Shown: positions 61,001 through 64,000 of the stretch, piece by piece
How the letters are laid out: every line of letters begins with the position of its first letter
How positions within the stretch are numbered: the stretch's first letter is position 1
NCBI RefSeq assembly: GCF_009914755.1
Contig: NC_060940.1
Direction: 5' to 3' (one strand)
DNA from: the human T2T-CHM13v2.0 reference genome, Homo sapiens
Length of the DNA stretch: 64,000 bases
Position numbers and translations under genes: made by a program
Notes under the pieces: model-generated
Databases searched by the model: none
Seen by the model: only the letters and a program-made list of their open reading frames with translations
What the model was told of the DNA's origin: nothing

Positions 61001-61539
61001 GTGATGATTCCATTGGAGTCCATTCAATGATTCCATTCTATTCCAATCGATGATGATTCCATTAGAGTCCATTTAATGATTCCATTTGATTCCAGTCTCT
61101 GATGATTACATTCGAGTCCATACGATGATTCCACTCAATTCCATATGATGATGATTCCATTTGATTCCATTCGGTGATTCCATTCTATTCTATTCAATGG
61201 TGATTCCATTCGAGTACATTAGATGATTCCATTCGATTCCATTCAATGATGATTCTATTTGTGTCCCTTAGATGATTCCACATGATTCCATTAGATGATG
61301 ATACTATTTGAGCCCATCCAATGATTCCCTTCGATTCCATTCGATGAGGATTCCATTCGATTCAATTCATTGGTGATTCTATTCAATTCAATTCTTTGAT
61401 TCCATTCCATTCCATTCGACAATGATTCCATTCGATTTCTTTCGATGATTCCACTCGATTCCACTTGACATTGATTCCATTCGATTCCATTCAATGATTC
61501 CATTTGATTCCAGTGGATGATGATTGCCATCGATTCCAT
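55431..61539 (+). repeat. One essentially full-length ~6.1 kb (S+W) unit, arbitrary phase
   Basis: Landmarks spaced 6109 bp (55430/61539, 55646/61755, 56150/62259) with none of the large deletions seen in other copies. Confidence 0.8.
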
Positions 61540-64000
61540 TCGATCACTCCATTCTATTCCATTTGATGATGATTACATTCGATTCCATTTGATGATTCCA
61601 TCTGATTCTATTCGAGGATTCCATTTGATTCCATTCGATGATGATTCCATTCGAGTCCATTCGATGATTTCATTCGAGTACATCCAATGATTCCATTCGA
61701 GTCCATTAGATGATTCCATTTGATTCCATTTGAAAATGATTCTACTAGAGTCCATTCAATGACTCCATTCGAGTCCATTCAACAATTCCATTCGACTCCA
61801 TTCGATGATTCCATTCGATTCCATTTGATGGTTCCATTCGAGTCCATTTAATCATTACAGTCGAGTCCATTTGGTGATTCCACTGGATTTCTTTTGATAA
61901 TGATACCATTCAATTACATTTGATGATGATCCCATTCAATTTCATTGGATGATGATTCCATTAGAGTCCATTCGATGATTTCATTCGAGTCCCTTCATTG
62001 ATTCCATCCGATTTCATTGGATGATGACTCCATTCGAGTCCATTCGATGATTCCAATCGATTCCATTAGATGACTCCATTGGAGTCCATTTGATTGTTCC
62101 ATTCGATTCCATTCGATTCCTTTCGAAGATTATTCCATTTGAGTCCATTCGATGATGATTCCATTCCATTCCATTCGATGATTCCGTTTGATTCCATTCG
62201 ATGATTCCCTTCGATTCCTTTCTTTGATGATTCCATTCCATTCCATTCAATGATTCCATTCGAATCTATTCCATGATGATTCCTTTCGATTCCATTCGCT
62301 GATGTTTCCGTTCAATTCCATTCGATGATGATTCCATTCGATTCCATTCATTGAGGATTCCATTTGATTCCATTCAATGATGATTCCATTCTATTCCATT
62401 CAATGATTGCATTCAATTCCATTCAATGATTATCCCCTTAGAGTAAACTCAACGATTCCATTCAATACCATTCGATGATGATTCCTTTTGAGTCCATTCA
62501 ATGATTTCATTCAAGTCCATTTGATGATTCCTTTCAATTCCATTCTATGATGATTCCATTCGAGTCCATTCGATGATTCCATTCGATTGCATTCGATGAT
62601 TCCATTATATTCCATTCAACGGTGATTCCATTCGAGTCCATTCCATGATTCCATTAGAGTACATTTAATGATTGCTTTGTTTTCAATTCGAAGATGATTA
62701 CATTGGATTCCATTCTATGATACCATTCGATTCCATTCAATGATGATTCCACTCAAATCCATTGGATGATTCCATTCGTGTCCATTCGGTGATTTCATTA
62801 GATTCCATTCGAGGATGATTCCATTCGATTCCATTCGATGATTCCATTCTATTCTATTCGATGATGATTCCATTCGATTCCATTCGATGATGATTGGATT
62901 CGATTCCATTTGATGATTTCATTTGATTCCATTCGTTAATGATTTCGATCAATTCCATTCGATGATTCCATTCGATTCCATTCAATAATGATTACATCCG
63001 AGTCCATTCGATGATTCCCTTTGAGCCTGTTCGATAATTCCATTTGAGTCCAACCAATGATTCCATTCATTTCCATTCAATGATTCCATTCGAGTCCATT
63101 TGATCATTCCGGTAGGGTCCATTCGATGTTGATTCCATTGGAGTGCATTCGATGATTCCATTCGAGTCCATTTTAGGATTTGATTCGAGTCCTTTCGATG
63201 ATTCCATTCGATTCCACTCGATGATTTCATTCGAGTCCATTTGACACTTCCAATCGATTCCATTTGATGATTCCATTCGAGTCCAATTGATGATTCCATT
63301 CAATTCCATTCGATGATGATTCCGTACAATTCCATTCTGTGATGATTCCATGTGATTGCATTCAATGATGATTCCTTTCGATTGCATTCGATTATGATTC
63401 ATTTCGTGTTCATTCTATGGTTCCACAGGTTTCCATTCGTGTCCATTCCATTATTCCATTCTATTCCATTTGATGATGATTCCATTCGATTCCATTCATT
63501 GGTGATTCCACTCAATTCCATTCAATGATTCCATTCCATTTCTTTCAACAATGATTCCATTAGTTTCTAATCGATGATCCACTTGATTCCATTTGACGAC
63601 GATTCCATTCTTGTCCATTCGATGATTCCATTTGATTCCATATGATGATGATTCCATTCGATTCCATACCATGATGATTCCATTCGAGTCCATTCAATGG
63701 TGATTCCATTCAATTCCATTCGATGATTCCTTTTGATTCCATTCGATGATGATTGCATTCGATTCCTTTCAATCATTCCCTTTGATTCCATTCAAAAGTG
63801 ATTTCATTCAAGTCCATTCGATAATTGCATTCGATTCCATTCTATGATGATTCCATTCGAGTCCATTTGATGATTCCATTCAATTCAAGTCAATGATGAT
63901 TCCATTCGATTCCATTCGATGATTCCATTGGATTCCATTCGATGATGATTCCATTCAAATCCATTCGATAATTCAATTCAAGTCCATTCGATGATGATTC
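58079..64000 (+). repeat. Probable 4758-bp tandem duplication; second copy starts ~62837 and runs off the window
   Basis: Offset 4758 (58224/62982, 58309/63067, 58809/63567) with shared private variants GATTCCCTTTGAGCCTG, CCGTACAATTCC and TTCAAAAGTG. Confidence 0.75.

Larger units (their letters stand above)
1..64000 (+). repeat. Human satellite II (HSat2/HSATII) tandem array, CATTC-rich strand on +; probably HSat2B-like
   Basis: Entire window consists of diverged (CATTC)n with CATTCGATTC, CATTCGAGTC and GATGATGATTCC motifs in 23/26-bp units and very dense TCGA. It lacks the long pure (CATTC)n runs of HSat3. No unique sequence or strand switch seen. Confidence 0.98.

Noticed and set aside
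318-63791. Numerous 60-132 aa ORFs (MESSNGIEWNH-like), mostly on the minus strand
   Set aside because: They are direct translations of the GAATG/GAATCATC satellite strand, which supplies many ATGs and few stops. Frames overlap, break between copies and show no domain or gene structure.
1-64000. CRISPR-like regular short repeats
   Set aside because: There are no unique spacers; the intervening sequence is the same degenerate satellite, and no cas genes are present.
1-64000. HSat3, alpha satellite or telomeric repeat identity
   Set aside because: CATTCGATTC and GATGAT motifs dominate rather than pure (CATTC)n; no 171-bp monomer, CENP-B box or TTAGGG run was seen.
1-64000. Inversion or embedded mobile element (Alu, L1, LTR)
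   Set aside because: The CATTC polarity never flips, and no poly-A tail, target-site duplication or non-satellite tract was seen.
1-64000. High CpG (TCGA) density as a CpG island
   Set aside because: It is intrinsic to the AT-rich HSat2 consensus; frequent TTGA and TCAA variants fit ordinary methyl-CpG decay.

Overview
The whole 64 kb window is one uninterrupted, single-orientation array of classical human satellite II (HSat2/HSATII-type, diverged CATTC pentamer in 23/26-bp units such as GATTCCATTCGATTCCATTCGAT[GAT]), typical of human or great-ape pericentromeric heterochromatin. I see no genes, RNA genes, transposons, inversions or CRISPR arrays; every ORF in the track is a satellite translation artefact. 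I found no new gene-based system. What the window does contain is an ordered nested repeat architecture. A shared ~2.3 kb core (S) is followed by either a ~1.83 kb module (X, giving a 4130-bp unit) or a ~3.8 kb module (W, giving a ~6.1 kb unit). On top of this sit a near-identical 3 x 4130-bp expansion, a 6844-bp tandem duplication, a probable 4758-bp duplication, partial restarts, a ~320-bp segment swap, and 9.9 kb and 18 kb super-repeats, with breakpoints that recur at the same few places. The ~6.1 kb period suggests the chr16q11.2 HSat2B array, but this is inference. Offsets were read by eye from landmark k-mers and ORF-track coordinates, so boundaries are approximate.
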